Shown: positions 1 through 9,932 of the stretch, piece after piece
Numbering within the stretch: position 1 is the first letter of the stretch
Layout: every line of letters begins with the position of its first letter
Origin: a bacterium
GTDB taxonomy: Bacteria; Sysuimicrobiota; Sysuimicrobiia; Sysuimicrobiales; Humicultoraceae
Reading direction: 5' to 3'
Assembly: GCA_041497675.1 (NCBI GenBank)
Contig: JBGQGY010000023.1
Location: 1-36,444 of the forward strand
DNA: 36,444 nucleotides
Made by a program: the position numbers and the translations under genes
Notes under the pieces: model-generated
Told to the model about the DNA's origin: nothing
Database searches by the model: none
What the model saw: only the letters and a program-made list of their open reading frames with translations

Positions 1-301
1 GACCGAGATCGTGGCCGGGGCCCTGACGGAGTACAGTGGGCGAGGGCTGGGACTGTTCCGGCTCGCCAAGAGCGTCGAGCTGGTCGTCGGGCTCACGCTC
101 ATCGCAGCGCTCTATCTGGGTGGCCTCGGCAGCCCGATCGCCTATCTTGTGAAGACCGGTGGCCTGCTCCTGGTCATGGCCATTCTGCAATCGCTGTTCG
201 CCAGGCTGCGCATCGACCAGATCGTCGGTGCCTGGTGGCGATACGGTGCCGTGCTGGCGCTGGGGCAGTGGCTGGTGATGATCACGTGGGCACACCTGTG
301 A
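1..301 (+). CDS. C-terminal fragment of a NuoH/HycD/EchB-like membrane subunit of a group 4 [NiFe]-hydrogenase (5' truncated by window)
   Basis: Frame is open from the window edge (TEIVAGALTEYSG). Contains the E-x-x-A-G-x-x-T-E-Y-S-G motif, hydrophobic helices and ARLRIDQ, typical of NuoH/ND1 proteins. Followed by NuoI-like and protease genes. Confidence 0.85.
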   Translation, partial: TEIVAGALTEYSGRGLGLFRLAKSVELVVGLTLIAALYLGGLGSPIAYLVKTGGLLLVMAILQSLFARLRIDQIVGAWWRYGAVLALGQWLVMITWAHL

Positions 302-311
302 AGGGGTTACG

Positions 312-737
312 ATGAGAGCGGGGCGATTGCTGCGCGAGATGCTGCGGGCGTTGTTCCGGCGTCCGGCCACGAGGCAATACCCGTCGGAGCGGCGTCCGGC
401 GCCCACACGCCTGCGGGGAGCGCTACAGTTCGATCCCACACGCTGCACGGGGTGCTGTCTGTGCGAGAAGGACTGTCCGGCACAGGCGATCGAGGTCGTC
501 ATGGTGGATCGCGCCACGAGGCGGTTCGCCCTGCGTTACCATGTCGACCGCTGCACGTTCTGCGCGCAATGCGTGCAGACGTGCCGCTTTGGGTGCCTGC
601 AAATGTCGAACGAGCAGTGGGAGCTGGCTGCCACCCACAAGGAGCCGTTCGAAATTCTTTACGGAGACGAGGCCGATGTCCGAGCCCTCCTGGCAAAGCT
701 GGCTCGCCCGGACGCTGAGAAGCCGGCGACGACGTGA
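312..737 (+). CDS. NuoI/HycF/EchF-like 2x[4Fe-4S] subunit
   Basis: PAT-x-x-YP-x-E N-terminal motif; two ferredoxin motifs CTGCCLCEKDCP and CTFCAQCVQTC. Confidence 0.9.
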   Translation: MRAGRLLREMLRALFRRPATRQYPSERRPAPTRLRGALQFDPTRCTGCCLCEKDCPAQAIEVVMVDRATRRFALRYHVDRCTFCAQCVQTCRFGCLQMSNEQWELAATHKEPFEILYGDEADVRALLAKLARPDAEKPATT

Positions 738-1200
738 CGGGCCGGCCCGCGTGGCGGTTGTCGGCATCGGCCACGAACTGAGGGGCGATGATGCGGCCGG
801 GGTGGTTGTGGCCCGCGTCCTGAAGGCGCGACTCCACCGCCACCGCGTCCTGCGACGGCCGGTCCTCGTCATCGACGCCGGGCCGGCGCCGGAGAATCAC
901 ACCGCGACGCTGCGCCGCTTTGCTCCCGATGTGATCCTGCTCGTGGATTCGGCAGAGATGGGTGTGCGGCCGGGGAGCGTGCGCCGGCTGCGACAGGAGG
1001 CCGCTTCCGGCGTTACGGCCTCGACCCACACCCTTCCACTCTCTGTTCTGTGCGCGTACCTGGTCCGCGAAACCAATTGTGTGCTGACGCTGCTTGGGAT
1101 CCAACCGGCCGGCAACGGTCTGGGCGATCCGTTGTCACCGGTGGTCGCCGGGGCCGTGGCGCGGGTGGTGCGGTCGGTGGAAAACGCGCTCAGTCAATGA
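676..1200 (+). CDS. hycI: Hydrogenase maturation protease (HycI-like)
   Basis: VAVVGIGHELRGDDAAG, PENHT, VDSA and STHTLPL motifs. Probable start is ATG 676 (GGAG upstream), overlapping the previous gene by about 60 nt; the exact start is uncertain. Confidence 0.85.
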   Translation: MSEPSWQSWLARTLRSRRRRDGPARVAVVGIGHELRGDDAAGVVVARVLKARLHRHRVLRRPVLVIDAGPAPENHTATLRRFAPDVILLVDSAEMGVRPGSVRRLRQEAASGVTASTHTLPLSVLCAYLVRETNCVLTLLGIQPAGNGLGDPLSPVVAGAVARVVRSVENALSQ

Positions 1201-4001
1201 ACGATGCCCGCCCTCTTCATAGCCTGCCTATCAACGACGTCTATGCGGCGCTGGGGACGCGCCCAGACGGTTTGTCGAAGGCGGAAGCCGATCAGCGTCT
1301 GCGTCGTATTGGTCCCAACGCGATTCGCGAGACGAAGAGAAGACCACTTGTCCTGAAGTTCCTCGGCAATTTCACTCACCTGATGGCGCTGTTGCTGTGG
1401 GCCGGAGGCATCATGGCGTTCATCGGCCACCTGCCGCAGTTGGGCTGGGCGGTCTGGGCCGTCGTTGTCATCAATGCTGTGTTTTCCTTCTGGCAGGAAT
1501 ACAAGGCCGAGCGTGCCACTGCGGCGCTCAAAAGGCTGCTGCCGTCCTATGTGCGCGCGATGCGTGGAGGTCAGGAGCAGCGCATCCTGGCCGAACACCT
1601 GGTGCCCGGCGATGTGATGCAGCTCGCAGAAGGCGATCGCATCTCCGCCGATGGACGCTTGATAGAAGAAGCCGAACTGCGCGTCGATCAATCCACGCTC
1701 ACCGGTGAGTCGCATCCAGCGCACAAGACGAGCGAGGTGGTCCTGGGCGCGAATCTTGCGCGAGTGGAGCTGCCGAATCTGATCTTCGCCGGGACGAGTG
1801 TGGCCGCCGGTTCGGGCACAGCGGTGGTCTTCGCCACCGGGATGGAGACAGAGTTCGGCAAGATCGCGCAGTTGACGCAGAGCGTCGCCGAAGAACTCAG
1901 CCCTCTGCAGCGTGAAGTTGATCGCCTGACGAAAGTCGTGACCGTCCTCGCAGTAGGCATCGGCGTGCTCTTCTTTGCGTTGTCCGTGCTCGTCGTCCAC
2001 CGGCCGGTGGGCATCGGGTTCATCTTTGCGGTGGGGATGGTTGTGGCGTTTGTGCCGGAGGGCCTCCTGCCGACGGTGACGCTGGCGCTGGCCATGGGCG
2101 TACAACGCATGAGTAGGCGTCATGCGCTTATCAAGAGGCTGTCGTCGGTGGAGACACTCGGCAGCACAACCGTCATCTGCACCGACAAGACGGGGACGCT
2201 GACACAGAATGAGATGACCGTTCGGGCGCTGTGGAGTGGAGGCCGGCGCTTGAGCGTCACGGGCGTCGGGTATGGGCCGACCGGACACATCCTGGATGGC
2301 GCCGAGATCGGCCCGGCTCATGTCGATGAGGATCTGACCCGGATGCTCATCATTGCCGGACTGTGTAACAATGCCCGACTGCTGCCACCCGATGCGGAGA
2401 CAGCCCGGTGGTCGATCCTCGGTGACCCGACCGAAGCCGCTTTGAGGGTTGTGGCGCCCAAGGCCGGGCTGGATCTGGACGCTGAGGCACGGCGGAGTCC
2501 AAGGCAACGGGAACTGCCCTTCGAGTCTCGCCGCAAGCGCATGAGCACCATCCATCGGACCGACACGGGCCTGGTGGCCTACGTCAAAGGCGCACCCAAG
2601 GAGGTGCTCGCCCTTTGCCCACGGGTCCGGATGCCCGGGGAGGATCGGCCGCTGGACGAGGCCCTGGAGTCTCGGATCATTGCGGCCAACGACGAGTTTG
2701 CGGCTGCCGGACTGCGGGTGCTGGCGATTGCGCAGCGGCGGCTTCCCGATGGGCTCGCGGAGTATACCCCCGAACTGGTCGAACGGGATCTTACCTTTTA
2801 CGGCTTGATGGCGATGATGGATCCCCCCCGACCCGAAGTCGCCGAGGCGGTCGACAAGTGTCACCGGGCTGGGATTCGTATCGTCATGGTTACGGGCGAC
2901 TATGGGCTGACCGCCGAAGCCATCGCCGCGCGGATAGGTATTGTTCGAAGCGCGCGACCTCGCATTGTCACCGGTGCTGACCTGGACGCGATGGGAGATC
3001 AGGCGTTGAGAGACGCACTGGGGGGCGAGGTGATCTTTGCCCGCGTGGCTCCAGCGCACAAACTGCGGGTTGTCAGCGTGCTCCAGGACATGGGGCATAT
3101 CGTCGCCGTCACCGGCGACGGCGTGAATGATGCGCCGGCACTCAAGAAGGCCAACATCGGCGTCGCGATGGGTCTGGCGGGGACGGACGTGGCTAAAGAG
3201 GCCGCCGATATGATCCTCACCGACGATAACTTTGCCTCAATCGTGAACGCGGTGGAAGAGGGTCGGACCGTCTATGCGAACATCAAGAAGTTCATCACGT
3301 ACATCTTTACGAGCAACACTCCAGAGGCCTGGCCTTTCATCTTACAGATCATGTTCAACATCCCGCTGGCGCTGACGGTGATGCAGGTCCTGGCGATCGA
3401 TCTGGGGACCGACCTGGTGCCCGCATTGGCGCTCGGCACCGAAGCGCCCGAGCCCGGCATCATGGACCGACCACCGCGCCGGATCACCGACCGCCTCATT
3501 GACCGCAAGTTGCTTGTCCGCTCGCTTGTCTGGCTGGGCAGCATACAGACCGCGCTGTGTTTCCTTGGGTTCTTCTACCTCTATTGGACGTTCGGCTACG
3601 GCGATCTGGCCCGCGTACCGCGGGTTGACCTGCTCCCGTACGCGCAGCGACTCTTGACCCATGACGGCGTGGTCTACGTCCTGGCGACAACGATCTTCCA
3701 TGCAGGCGTGATCACGACCCAGATCGGCAACGCATTCGCCTGCCGCACCGAGCGGACGTCGGTGTTCAAAATCGGCCTATTCAGCAACCGCTTCTTGCTC
3801 GTCGGGTTTCTGGTAGAGCTCACGCTCATCACCATCCTGATCTACGCAAAGCCGTTTCAGGTCATTTTCGAGCACGGACCGCTGCCGGCGCGGTACTGGG
3901 CGTTTATTGCCCTGTACGCCCCAGCAATGTTGCTGGCTGAGGAAGGTCGCAAGGCCATCGTGAGGCGGTTAGAGGCGCGCAGTCTCAGGAGGACGTCATG
4001 A
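1197..4001 (+). CDS. Cation-transporting P-type ATPase, P2 class with Na/K-ATPase-like (P2C) signatures
   Basis: TGES, VPEGLLPTVT, DKTGTLT phosphorylation site, KGAP, MDPPR, TGDGVNDAPALKKA, TSNTPE, IDLGTD. ATGA overlap with the hycI stop at 1197-1200. Confidence 0.93.
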   Translation: MNDARPLHSLPINDVYAALGTRPDGLSKAEADQRLRRIGPNAIRETKRRPLVLKFLGNFTHLMALLLWAGGIMAFIGHLPQLGWAVWAVVVINAVFSFWQEYKAERATAALKRLLPSYVRAMRGGQEQRILAEHLVPGDVMQLAEGDRISADGRLIEEAELRVDQSTLTGESHPAHKTSEVVLGANLARVELPNLIFAGTSVAAGSGTAVVFATGMETEFGKIAQLTQSVAEELSPLQREVDRLTKVVTVLAVGIGVLFFALSVLVVHRPVGIGFIFAVGMVVAFVPEGLLPTVTLALAMGVQRMSRRHALIKRLSSVETLGSTTVICTDKTGTLTQNEMTVRALWSGGRRLSVTGVGYGPTGHILDGAEIGPAHVDEDLTRMLIIAGLCNNARLLPPDAETARWSILGDPTEAALRVVAPKAGLDLDAEARRSPRQRELPFESRRKRMSTIHRTDTGLVAYVKGAPKEVLALCPRVRMPGEDRPLDEALESRIIAANDEFAAAGLRVLAIAQRRLPDGLAEYTPELVERDLTFYGLMAMMDPPRPEVAEAVDKCHRAGIRIVMVTGDYGLTAEAIAARIGIVRSARPRIVTGADLDAMGDQALRDALGGEVIFARVAPAHKLRVVSVLQDMGHIVAVTGDGVNDAPALKKANIGVAMGLAGTDVAKEAADMILTDDNFASIVNAVEEGRTVYANIKKFITYIFTSNTPEAWPFILQIMFNIPLALTVMQVLAIDLGTDLVPALALGTEAPEPGIMDRPPRRITDRLIDRKLLVRSLVWLGSIQTALCFLGFFYLYWTFGYGDLARVPRVDLLPYAQRLLTHDGVVYVLATTIFHAGVITTQIGNAFACRTERTSVFKIGLFSNRFLLVGFLVELTLITILIYAKPFQVIFEHGPLPARYWAFIALYAPAMLLAEEGRKAIVRRLEARSLRRTS

Positions 4002-4648
4002 GGGTCGTGATTATCGGCTGTGGACGGGTGGGGTCGGGGCTGGCCAAAACATTGAATCTGCGGGGCCATCTGGTGACGGTCGTGGATCGGGACGGCGCGG
4101 CGCTCACACAACTAGGCGCATCGTTCAAAGGTGAAACGGTCACCGGCGTCGGGTTCGATCGCGAGATCCTGCTCCGCGCGGGCATCGAAAGAACCGATGG
4201 CCTGGCGGCCGTGACGGGTAGCGATGAGGCCAACGTGGTCATCGCGCGCCTGGCGCGGCAGGTCTTCCGAGTGCCGAGAGTCGTCGCTCGGCTCTACGAT
4301 CCGCGCAAGGCGGCGATCTACCAGCGGCTTGGCCTGCCGACGATCGCGCCCGTGGAGTGGGGGATCGGCCGGCTGGCCGAGTTGTTGTGCTACTCCTGGC
4401 TCGACACGATTCTCAGCCTGGGCAACGGCGAAGTGGACATCGTGGAGGCCGAAGTCCCGTCGCTCCTGGTCGGCCGTACAATCGTCGAACTGTCGGTGCC
4501 GGGCGAAATCCAGGTGGCGGCGATCAGTCGCAGGGGCAAGACGTTTCTGCCCACGCAGGGGACCGTCTTCCAGGCGGGCGACCTGGTGCACCTGGTCCTG
4601 CTCGCGGAGGCCGCCGACCGGCTCAAGAATCTGCTCGGGCAATCCTAG
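3998..4648 (+). CDS. TrkA/KtrA-family RCK protein (TrkA_N + TrkA_C)
   Basis: MRVVIIGCGRVG Rossmann motif, AVTGSDEAN, VPRVVARLYDP, C-terminal RCK_C. ATGA overlap with the ATPase stop. Confidence 0.92.
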   Translation: MRVVIIGCGRVGSGLAKTLNLRGHLVTVVDRDGAALTQLGASFKGETVTGVGFDREILLRAGIERTDGLAAVTGSDEANVVIARLARQVFRVPRVVARLYDPRKAAIYQRLGLPTIAPVEWGIGRLAELLCYSWLDTILSLGNGEVDIVEAEVPSLLVGRTIVELSVPGEIQVAAISRRGKTFLPTQGTVFQAGDLVHLVLLAEAADRLKNLLGQS

Positions 4649-4659
4649 GAGGTGTGCCG

Positions 4660-5328
4660 ATGACCGTCGTTATCGTAGGCGGAGGCAAAGTGGGGAGCTA
4701 TCTGGCGACGTTGCTGCTCGCCGAGGGCCATCGCGCGGTCGTCATCGAGGAACGCCCGGAGCACCTGGAGGCGTTGCGGCGAGACCTTCCCGCCGACGCC
4801 GTGGTCCACGGGAGCGGCACCGATCCGCTGGTCCTTGAACGAGTGGGAGTCCGTGAGGCCAACGTCGTGGCGGCGGTCACGGGCACAGACGAGACGAACC
4901 TTGTCGTGGCAAGCCTGGCGCGTTTCGAGTTCGAGGTGCCCAGAGTCATCGCGCGGGTAAACAATCCCCGAAATGCCTGGATGTTCACACCGGAGATGGG
5001 GGTGGACGTGGCGCTCAACCAGGCTGACCTGATGGCCCATCTGATCGAGGAAGAGATGTCGTTGGGCGACATGATGACCCTGATGAAGCTGCACCGCGGG
5101 CAATATGCGCTGGTCGAAGAACGCGTGCACCCGGGCGCCGCGACCGTCGGGAAGGCGTTGCGCGAAATCCCGTGGCCGCGGGAGTGCGCGGTGGCGGCGA
5201 TCATCCGCAAAGGACAGTTGCTGATTCCCCGTGGAGAGGTCGTACTCCAAGTCGGGGACGAGGTGCTGGCCCTCGTCCACGCGTCTGAAGCTCCCAAACT
5301 GGCGTCACTGCTGGGAGAGCGGACCTAG
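4660..5328 (+). CDS. Second TrkA/KtrA-family RCK protein
   Basis: VVIVGGGKVG, AVTGTDETN, ARVNNPRN, RCK_C domain. AGGAGG at 4647-4652 precedes ATG 4660. Confidence 0.92.
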   Translation: MTVVIVGGGKVGSYLATLLLAEGHRAVVIEERPEHLEALRRDLPADAVVHGSGTDPLVLERVGVREANVVAAVTGTDETNLVVASLARFEFEVPRVIARVNNPRNAWMFTPEMGVDVALNQADLMAHLIEEEMSLGDMMTLMKLHRGQYALVEERVHPGAATVGKALREIPWPRECAVAAIIRKGQLLIPRGEVVLQVGDEVLALVHASEAPKLASLLGERT

Positions 5329-5342
5329 TAGCAGGAGCGCCT

Positions 5343-5894
5343 CTAGGCCGGCTGCGCGACTGCCGTAGTCTCTCGCGCCCCGCGCTCCAGCGCAGCGGCG
5401 TTCAGGGTTTTCGCCTCGGGGTCGGCGACCATCTCATCGAGGACGGCCCGCGCGGTCGCTGTGGTAACCACCGGTCGTATCGCGAGCAGCGCGCCGAGCA
5501 GCACCACGTTCGCCGCGCGCGTCGATCCCAGGCCGGACGCCACGGCCGTCGCCGGGACCGCGACCACGCTGACATCGGTTCGGATGGGCGCACGGGTCAC
5601 CATCGTGCTGTCATAGACGATCATCCCGCCGGGCCGCACCTGCGGTTCGAAGCGGTCAAGGGACGGCCGGTTTAAGACGATGAGGATCGAAGGGTCTGCG
5701 ACCACCGGCGACCCGATGGGCTCGTCGCCGATCACGACCGTACAGTTGGCCGTGCCGCCTCTCTGTTCGGGGCCGTAAGAGGGGAGCCAGGTCACCTCCC
5801 GGCCTTCACGCATCCCCGCCCGCGCCAGCACCTCGCCGAGAAAGAGCACGCCCTGGCCGCCAAACCCCGCGATGACGATCTCATGCGAGGGCAT
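5343..5894 (-). CDS. 2-oxoacid:ferredoxin oxidoreductase gamma subunit
   Basis: [30 protein letters not shown] motifs. Confidence 0.92.
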   Translation of the reverse strand: MPSHEIVIAGFGGQGVLFLGEVLARAGMREGREVTWLPSYGPEQRGGTANCTVVIGDEPIGSPVVADPSILIVLNRPSLDRFEPQVRPGGMIVYDSTMVTRAPIRTDVSVVAVPATAVASGLGSTRAANVVLLGALLAIRPVVTTATARAVLDEMVADPEAKTLNAAALERGARETTAVAQPA

Positions 5895-6651
5895 TCTTGA
5901 ACACCCCCAGCGGGTAGGCGGGGATCATGTGTGTCTCGCACCACTTCAGCGATTCGACCGGGTCGAGACCCCAGTTGACCGGACAGGTCGACAGGAGTTC
6001 GACGAGGCCGAGTCCTCGGTCATCGAGTTGGGCCCTGAATGCCGCCAGGATCGCGCGTTTCGCCTTGTGGATGTGCGCCGGATCGATCACCGCTGCGCGC
6101 GCCGCGTAGGCCACGCCGTCCAACTGGGCCAGCAGTTCGGTCATGCGCAGCGGGTAGCCGTGGGTGCGCGGGTCGCGTCCGAGCGGCGTGGTCGTGGTCC
6201 GCATGCCGACGAGCGTCGTCGGCGCCATCTGCCCGCCGGTCATCCCGTAGAGCGCGTTGTTGACGAAGATGACGGTGATGCGCTCGCCGCGAGCGGCGGC
6301 GTGCAAGATCTCCGCCGCGCCGATCGAGGCCAGATCGCCGTCGCCCTGATAGGTAAACACGACGCGGTCCGGTAGCACCCGCTTGATCCCGGTCGCCACC
6401 GCGGGCGCGCGGCCGTGCGCCGCCTGCTGGAAGTCGACGTCGAAGTAGTCGTACGCGAACACTGAGCACCCCACCGAGGCCACGCCGATCGTCCTCGTCC
6501 TGATGTCGAGTTCGTCGATGACCTCGGCGACCAACCGGTGGATGATGCCGTGGGTGCAGCCCGGGCAGTAGTGCATCGGAACGTCCAGCAGCGCGCGGGG
6601 TCTGCCGGCGACCCGTATCATCTCGTCCACTCGTTCGACGACCCCAATCAT
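5881..6651 (-). CDS. 2-oxoacid:ferredoxin oxidoreductase beta (TPP-binding) subunit, Vor-like
   Basis: [33 protein letters not shown]...NN TPP motif, [15 protein letters not shown]. Confidence 0.93.
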   Translation of the reverse strand: MIGVVERVDEMIRVAGRPRALLDVPMHYCPGCTHGIIHRLVAEVIDELDIRTRTIGVASVGCSVFAYDYFDVDFQQAAHGRAPAVATGIKRVLPDRVVFTYQGDGDLASIGAAEILHAAARGERITVIFVNNALYGMTGGQMAPTTLVGMRTTTTPLGRDPRTHGYPLRMTELLAQLDGVAYAARAAVIDPAHIHKAKRAILAAFRAQLDDRGLGLVELLSTCPVNWGLDPVESLKWCETHMIPAYPLGVFKNALA

Positions 6652-7703
6652 GCCGGCGCCACCTCCTTGCGGGCTGCGGCCGTCCGGATCGCGCTGGCAA
6701 TCTCCACCGGCGATGGAACCATCCCGCCGACGCGGCCATAGAACTCCACCGGCGCGCGCCCTGCGACCGCCAGCCTGACGTCTTCAATCATCTGGCCGGC
6801 ACTCATCTCGGTGACCAGCCACACGCCCACGGGCCGATCGAAGGGCTCGGCGGGGAACGGCCAGAGGGTGATCGGACGGACCAGACCGGCCGCGATGCCG
6901 TCACGACGCACGCGGTCAACGGCCGAACGCGCGATGCGGGCCATCGACCCGTACGCCACGACCACGACATCGGCGTCGTCCGCACGGTACGTCTCGAACC
7001 GCGGCTCGTGTCGCTGGATCGTGCGAAAGGTCTCCATCAAGGCGAGCACACGCCGCTCGAGGTCTTCGGGCACCAGATACACCGAACTGATAACCCGGCG
7101 GTCACGTTCCGCGCCGGTGGTCGCCCAGGCTGGGGCCGGCGGCGCCGTCCGCGGCTCCGGCAGGATCACCGGTTCCATCATCTGACCCAGCAGGCCGTCG
7201 GCCGCGACGACGGTCGGCAGCCGGTACCGCTCCGCCAGGTCGAAGGCCAGACCGACCAGTTCAATGGCCTCCTGGACGGTCGACGGCGCCAGGACGATCC
7301 CGTGGCTGTCGCCGTGACCCAAGCTGCGTGTCGCCTGGAAGTAGTCGCCCTGAGACGGTGCGATGTTGCCCAGGCCGGGGCCGCCGCGCATCACATTGAC
7401 CACGACACACGGCAACCGCGCACCCACGATGTAGGATAATCCTTCCATCATCAGGCTAAAGCCGGGGCTGCTGGTGGTGGTCATGGTCCGGGCGCCGGCG
7501 CCGGCCGCGCCGTAGACCATATTGATCGCCGCGACCTCGCTCTCGGCCTGGAGGAAGACGCCGCCCGCTTCAGGCAGGTGGCGCGCCATGTATTCTGCGA
7601 GTTCGGTCTGCGGGGTGATGGGATACGCGAAGTACGCTCCGCAGCCGGCCCGGATCGCCGCTTCGGCGATCGCTTCATTGCCCTTCATGAGGACCCGGGT
7701 CAT
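6648..7703 (-). CDS. vorB: 2-oxoacid:ferredoxin oxidoreductase alpha subunit (VorB-like, 3-methyl-2-oxobutanoate dehydrogenase type)
   Basis: [51 protein letters not shown]. Start ATG 7703 overlaps the upstream stop (ATGA). Confidence 0.9.
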   Translation of the reverse strand: MTRVLMKGNEAIAEAAIRAGCGAYFAYPITPQTELAEYMARHLPEAGGVFLQAESEVAAINMVYGAAGAGARTMTTTSSPGFSLMMEGLSYIVGARLPCVVVNVMRGGPGLGNIAPSQGDYFQATRSLGHGDSHGIVLAPSTVQEAIELVGLAFDLAERYRLPTVVAADGLLGQMMEPVILPEPRTAPPAPAWATTGAERDRRVISSVYLVPEDLERRVLALMETFRTIQRHEPRFETYRADDADVVVVAYGSMARIARSAVDRVRRDGIAAGLVRPITLWPFPAEPFDRPVGVWLVTEMSAGQMIEDVRLAVAGRAPVEFYGRVGGMVPSPVEIASAIRTAAARKEVAPA

Positions 7704-7987
7704 GCGCGGACTTCCTGCCGCGGGCCATGCCGGCGCGGTCGGAAGACGGTGATAGCCACATCGGGACAAATCAGGACGCAGGCGGTGCAGGATGTGCAGC
7801 GTTCGTTGTCGAGGAGTACCGCCGCCGCGTAGCCCTTGGTGTTCAGCGCGCCCAGTCCAAGCACGGCGGGCGGACAGACCTCGATACACAACCCGCAACC
7901 CTTGCAGCGCTCGGTCTCGATCACGACCCGCAGCGCCGCGGGCCTCAGTGCGGCCTCGTCACCGTCCCACACCACGACCGCGCTCAC
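7700..7987 (-). CDS. 2x[4Fe-4S] ferredoxin / delta subunit of the oxidoreductase
   Basis: [12 protein letters not shown] and [13 protein letters not shown] motifs; coupled to the alpha subunit. Confidence 0.9.
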   Translation of the reverse strand: MSAVVVWDGDEAALRPAALRVVIETERCKGCGLCIEVCPPAVLGLGALNTKGYAAAVLLDNERCTSCTACVLICPDVAITVFRPRRHGPRQEVRA

Positions 7988-7991
7988 GCGG

Positions 7992-8729
7992 TCATCGCCT
8001 CGGCAGTTCCGGGCGGATCTCCCTGTCGTCGGTCTGGTAGGTCAGCCGGCTCTCGACACCTACCACGCCGTCGGCCAGCGACGCCCACTTCTCGACCAGC
8101 TCCTTCTCCGAGCGGCGGTCGAGGGTGCCGTCCAGAGAGACCACGCCGTCCTTGACCTCGATGGTGAGCTTGCTGACATCCACCCAGAGGTCATGCAGGA
8201 TCCCGTCGCGGACCGCCTCGGCGAGTTCTTGATCGGTGCGGGTGAAGGCCTTGAGCACATCCGCGCGGCTGACGATGCCGACGACCTTTCCGGCGCGGAG
8301 CACCGGGATGCGGTTGACCTTGTACTTGGTCATCAGTCCGGCGATCTCGTGGACCGAGGCGGCCTCGGTGACCGTGATGACCGGCGAGGTCATGATTTCA
8401 TCGGCGCGCAGGCCCTCGGCCTTGCGGGCTCGCTCCGCCGCTTCCGCCGTGCCTGGGAGGTGCAGCCGCTGCGCGATCGGCGCGGGCTCGTGTGGCCTTG
8501 GCAGCACTTCCTTGTAGAGAATGTCGGCCTCGGTGACAATGCCGACGAGCTCATGCTCGACGGTGACGATGGGAATCCCGCTGATGCGGTGCGTCGTCAT
8601 CAGCGCGACCAGATCCTTGACCCGGGCATCGGGCCGGGCCGTGATCGCCGGCGACGTCATGATGTCGCGGGCGATCATCTGCATTTTCGGTCCACCCTTC
8701 GATCGTACGCGTTCGGCAATCGATGCCAT
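7992..8729 (-). CDS. CBS-pair + BON domain protein
   Basis: ARDIMTSP...GIVTEADI and ADEIMTSP...GIVSRADV CBS repeats, then IEVKDGVVSLDG...GVVGVESRL BON domain. SD AGGAGG upstream. Confidence 0.88.
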   Translation of the reverse strand: MASIAERVRSKGGPKMQMIARDIMTSPAITARPDARVKDLVALMTTHRISGIPIVTVEHELVGIVTEADILYKEVLPRPHEPAPIAQRLHLPGTAEAAERARKAEGLRADEIMTSPVITVTEAASVHEIAGLMTKYKVNRIPVLRAGKVVGIVSRADVLKAFTRTDQELAEAVRDGILHDLWVDVSKLTIEVKDGVVSLDGTLDRRSEKELVEKWASLADGVVGVESRLTYQTDDREIRPELPRR

Positions 8730-8741
8730 GGCGCTCCCTCC

Positions 8742-9215
8742 TCATGGGGTACCGACGGCCGCCGTCTCGCGCAGCCGGCCGGCGAGAATGCTGAGCGGAA
8801 CCAACACGACCGGGCACGGCGCCCGGCGGAGCACACCTTCGGCCACACTGCCCATCAAAAGGCGCGGGAGGCCGACGCGCTTATGCGTCCCCATCACAAT
8901 CAGATCAGTCTTCATCTCCGCCGCGCGGGTGAGGATGACGGGCACGGGATCGCCTTCGAGCACCTCGATGCGAGGTTTCTGCCCTGCGATGCTGGCTTGT
9001 GCCCGGAGGAAGTTCAACTCGGATCGCAGCCGGGCGACGTAGAGATCGAGAAACAGACCCGCCTCGCGCAACGCGGCAGATGCGGTTTCGTGGCTGTAGA
9101 CGTGCAGGATGGTCAGCTCGCCGCCGACACGCGAAGACAGCCCCGCGGCGTAGCGGACCAGCGCGGCGGATTCGTCGGTCAGATCGACGGGCACGATGAT
9201 GCGCATCGCGATCAC
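8742..9215 (-). CDS. Universal stress protein (UspA family)
   Basis: IIVPVD, DLIVMGTH, LLMGSVAEGVLRRAPCPVVLV. Confidence 0.93.
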   Translation of the reverse strand: MIAMRIIVPVDLTDESAALVRYAAGLSSRVGGELTILHVYSHETASAALREAGLFLDLYVARLRSELNFLRAQASIAGQKPRIEVLEGDPVPVILTRAAEMKTDLIVMGTHKRVGLPRLLMGSVAEGVLRRAPCPVVLVPLSILAGRLRETAAVGTP

Positions 9216-9859
9216 CCTTCCACCGAGTGCTCCAACGGACGTTCGGTGCTGGCGTCGAGAGTCAGCGCGCGGATCACCTCTCGCGCCTGGCGTTCATCGC
9301 CCTCTCGGACGACCACGTCAACGGCCTCGACCCCATGGAGCCGCGACGTGTGGATCGACAGGATCGGCACACCGACCCGGGTCAGTTCCGTGACCAGGCG
9401 CGGCACTTCAACGATGAGACTGACAACCGGGACGTGCAGACGGACCTCGTCTGGCCCGATCGCGAAGAAATCGACGAAGACGTCGAACAGATCACTTTCG
9501 GTGATGATGCCGGCGAGCCGGCCGTCCTCGACCACCGGCAGCCCGCCGACCTTGCGACGCCGCATGAGCGCGGCCGCCTGTTCGATCGCGACCTCAGGCC
9601 CGATAACCACCGGGGCGGCGGTCATCAAATGCTTTACTTTGACGCCGGACGCCAGATTCGGTACGGTCAAACGGCTGCCGATGACCGGGGGGCGGATACG
9701 CACTAAGTCGGTCCAGGTGACGATGCCGACCAGCTTGTCCTCTTCAACGACCGGTAGCCGCCGGATACGGTGGCTGCGCATCAACCCGATGGCCTCCCAG
9801 GCCGGCGCCTCGGGGTCGATCGTGTGCACCGGGCTCGTCATCAGCTCACGGACTCTCAT
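9212..9859 (-). CDS. CBS-pair protein with degenerate ACT-like C-terminus (AcuB-like)
   Basis: MRVRELMTSPV, IRRLPVV, GIVTWTDL, VGGLPVV, GIITESDLF. SD GGGAGGG precedes ATG 9859. Confidence 0.85.
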   Translation of the reverse strand: MRVRELMTSPVHTIDPEAPAWEAIGLMRSHRIRRLPVVEEDKLVGIVTWTDLVRIRPPVIGSRLTVPNLASGVKVKHLMTAAPVVIGPEVAIEQAAALMRRRKVGGLPVVEDGRLAGIITESDLFDVFVDFFAIGPDEVRLHVPVVSLIVEVPRLVTELTRVGVPILSIHTSRLHGVEAVDVVVREGDERQAREVIRALTLDASTERPLEHSVEG

Positions 9860-9932
9860 GGAAGCCGCCCTCCCAATGCCAGCATAGGCCGGGGCCACCT
9901 GCCGGCCTATCGGACGTAGGCTGTATTTGACG

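Noticed and set aside
1194..3098. 634-aa minus-strand ORF
   Set aside because: Antisense shadow of the P-type ATPase.
5329..5342. Terminator between the convergent trkA and gamma-subunit genes
   Set aside because: Only a 14-nt gap with weak pairing and no U-tract.
7836..9887. 683-aa plus-strand ORF spanning several minus-strand genes
   Set aside because: Antisense to recognisable ferredoxin, CBS-BON, USP and CBS genes. It has no domain signature, and stop codons are scarce at this GC content.
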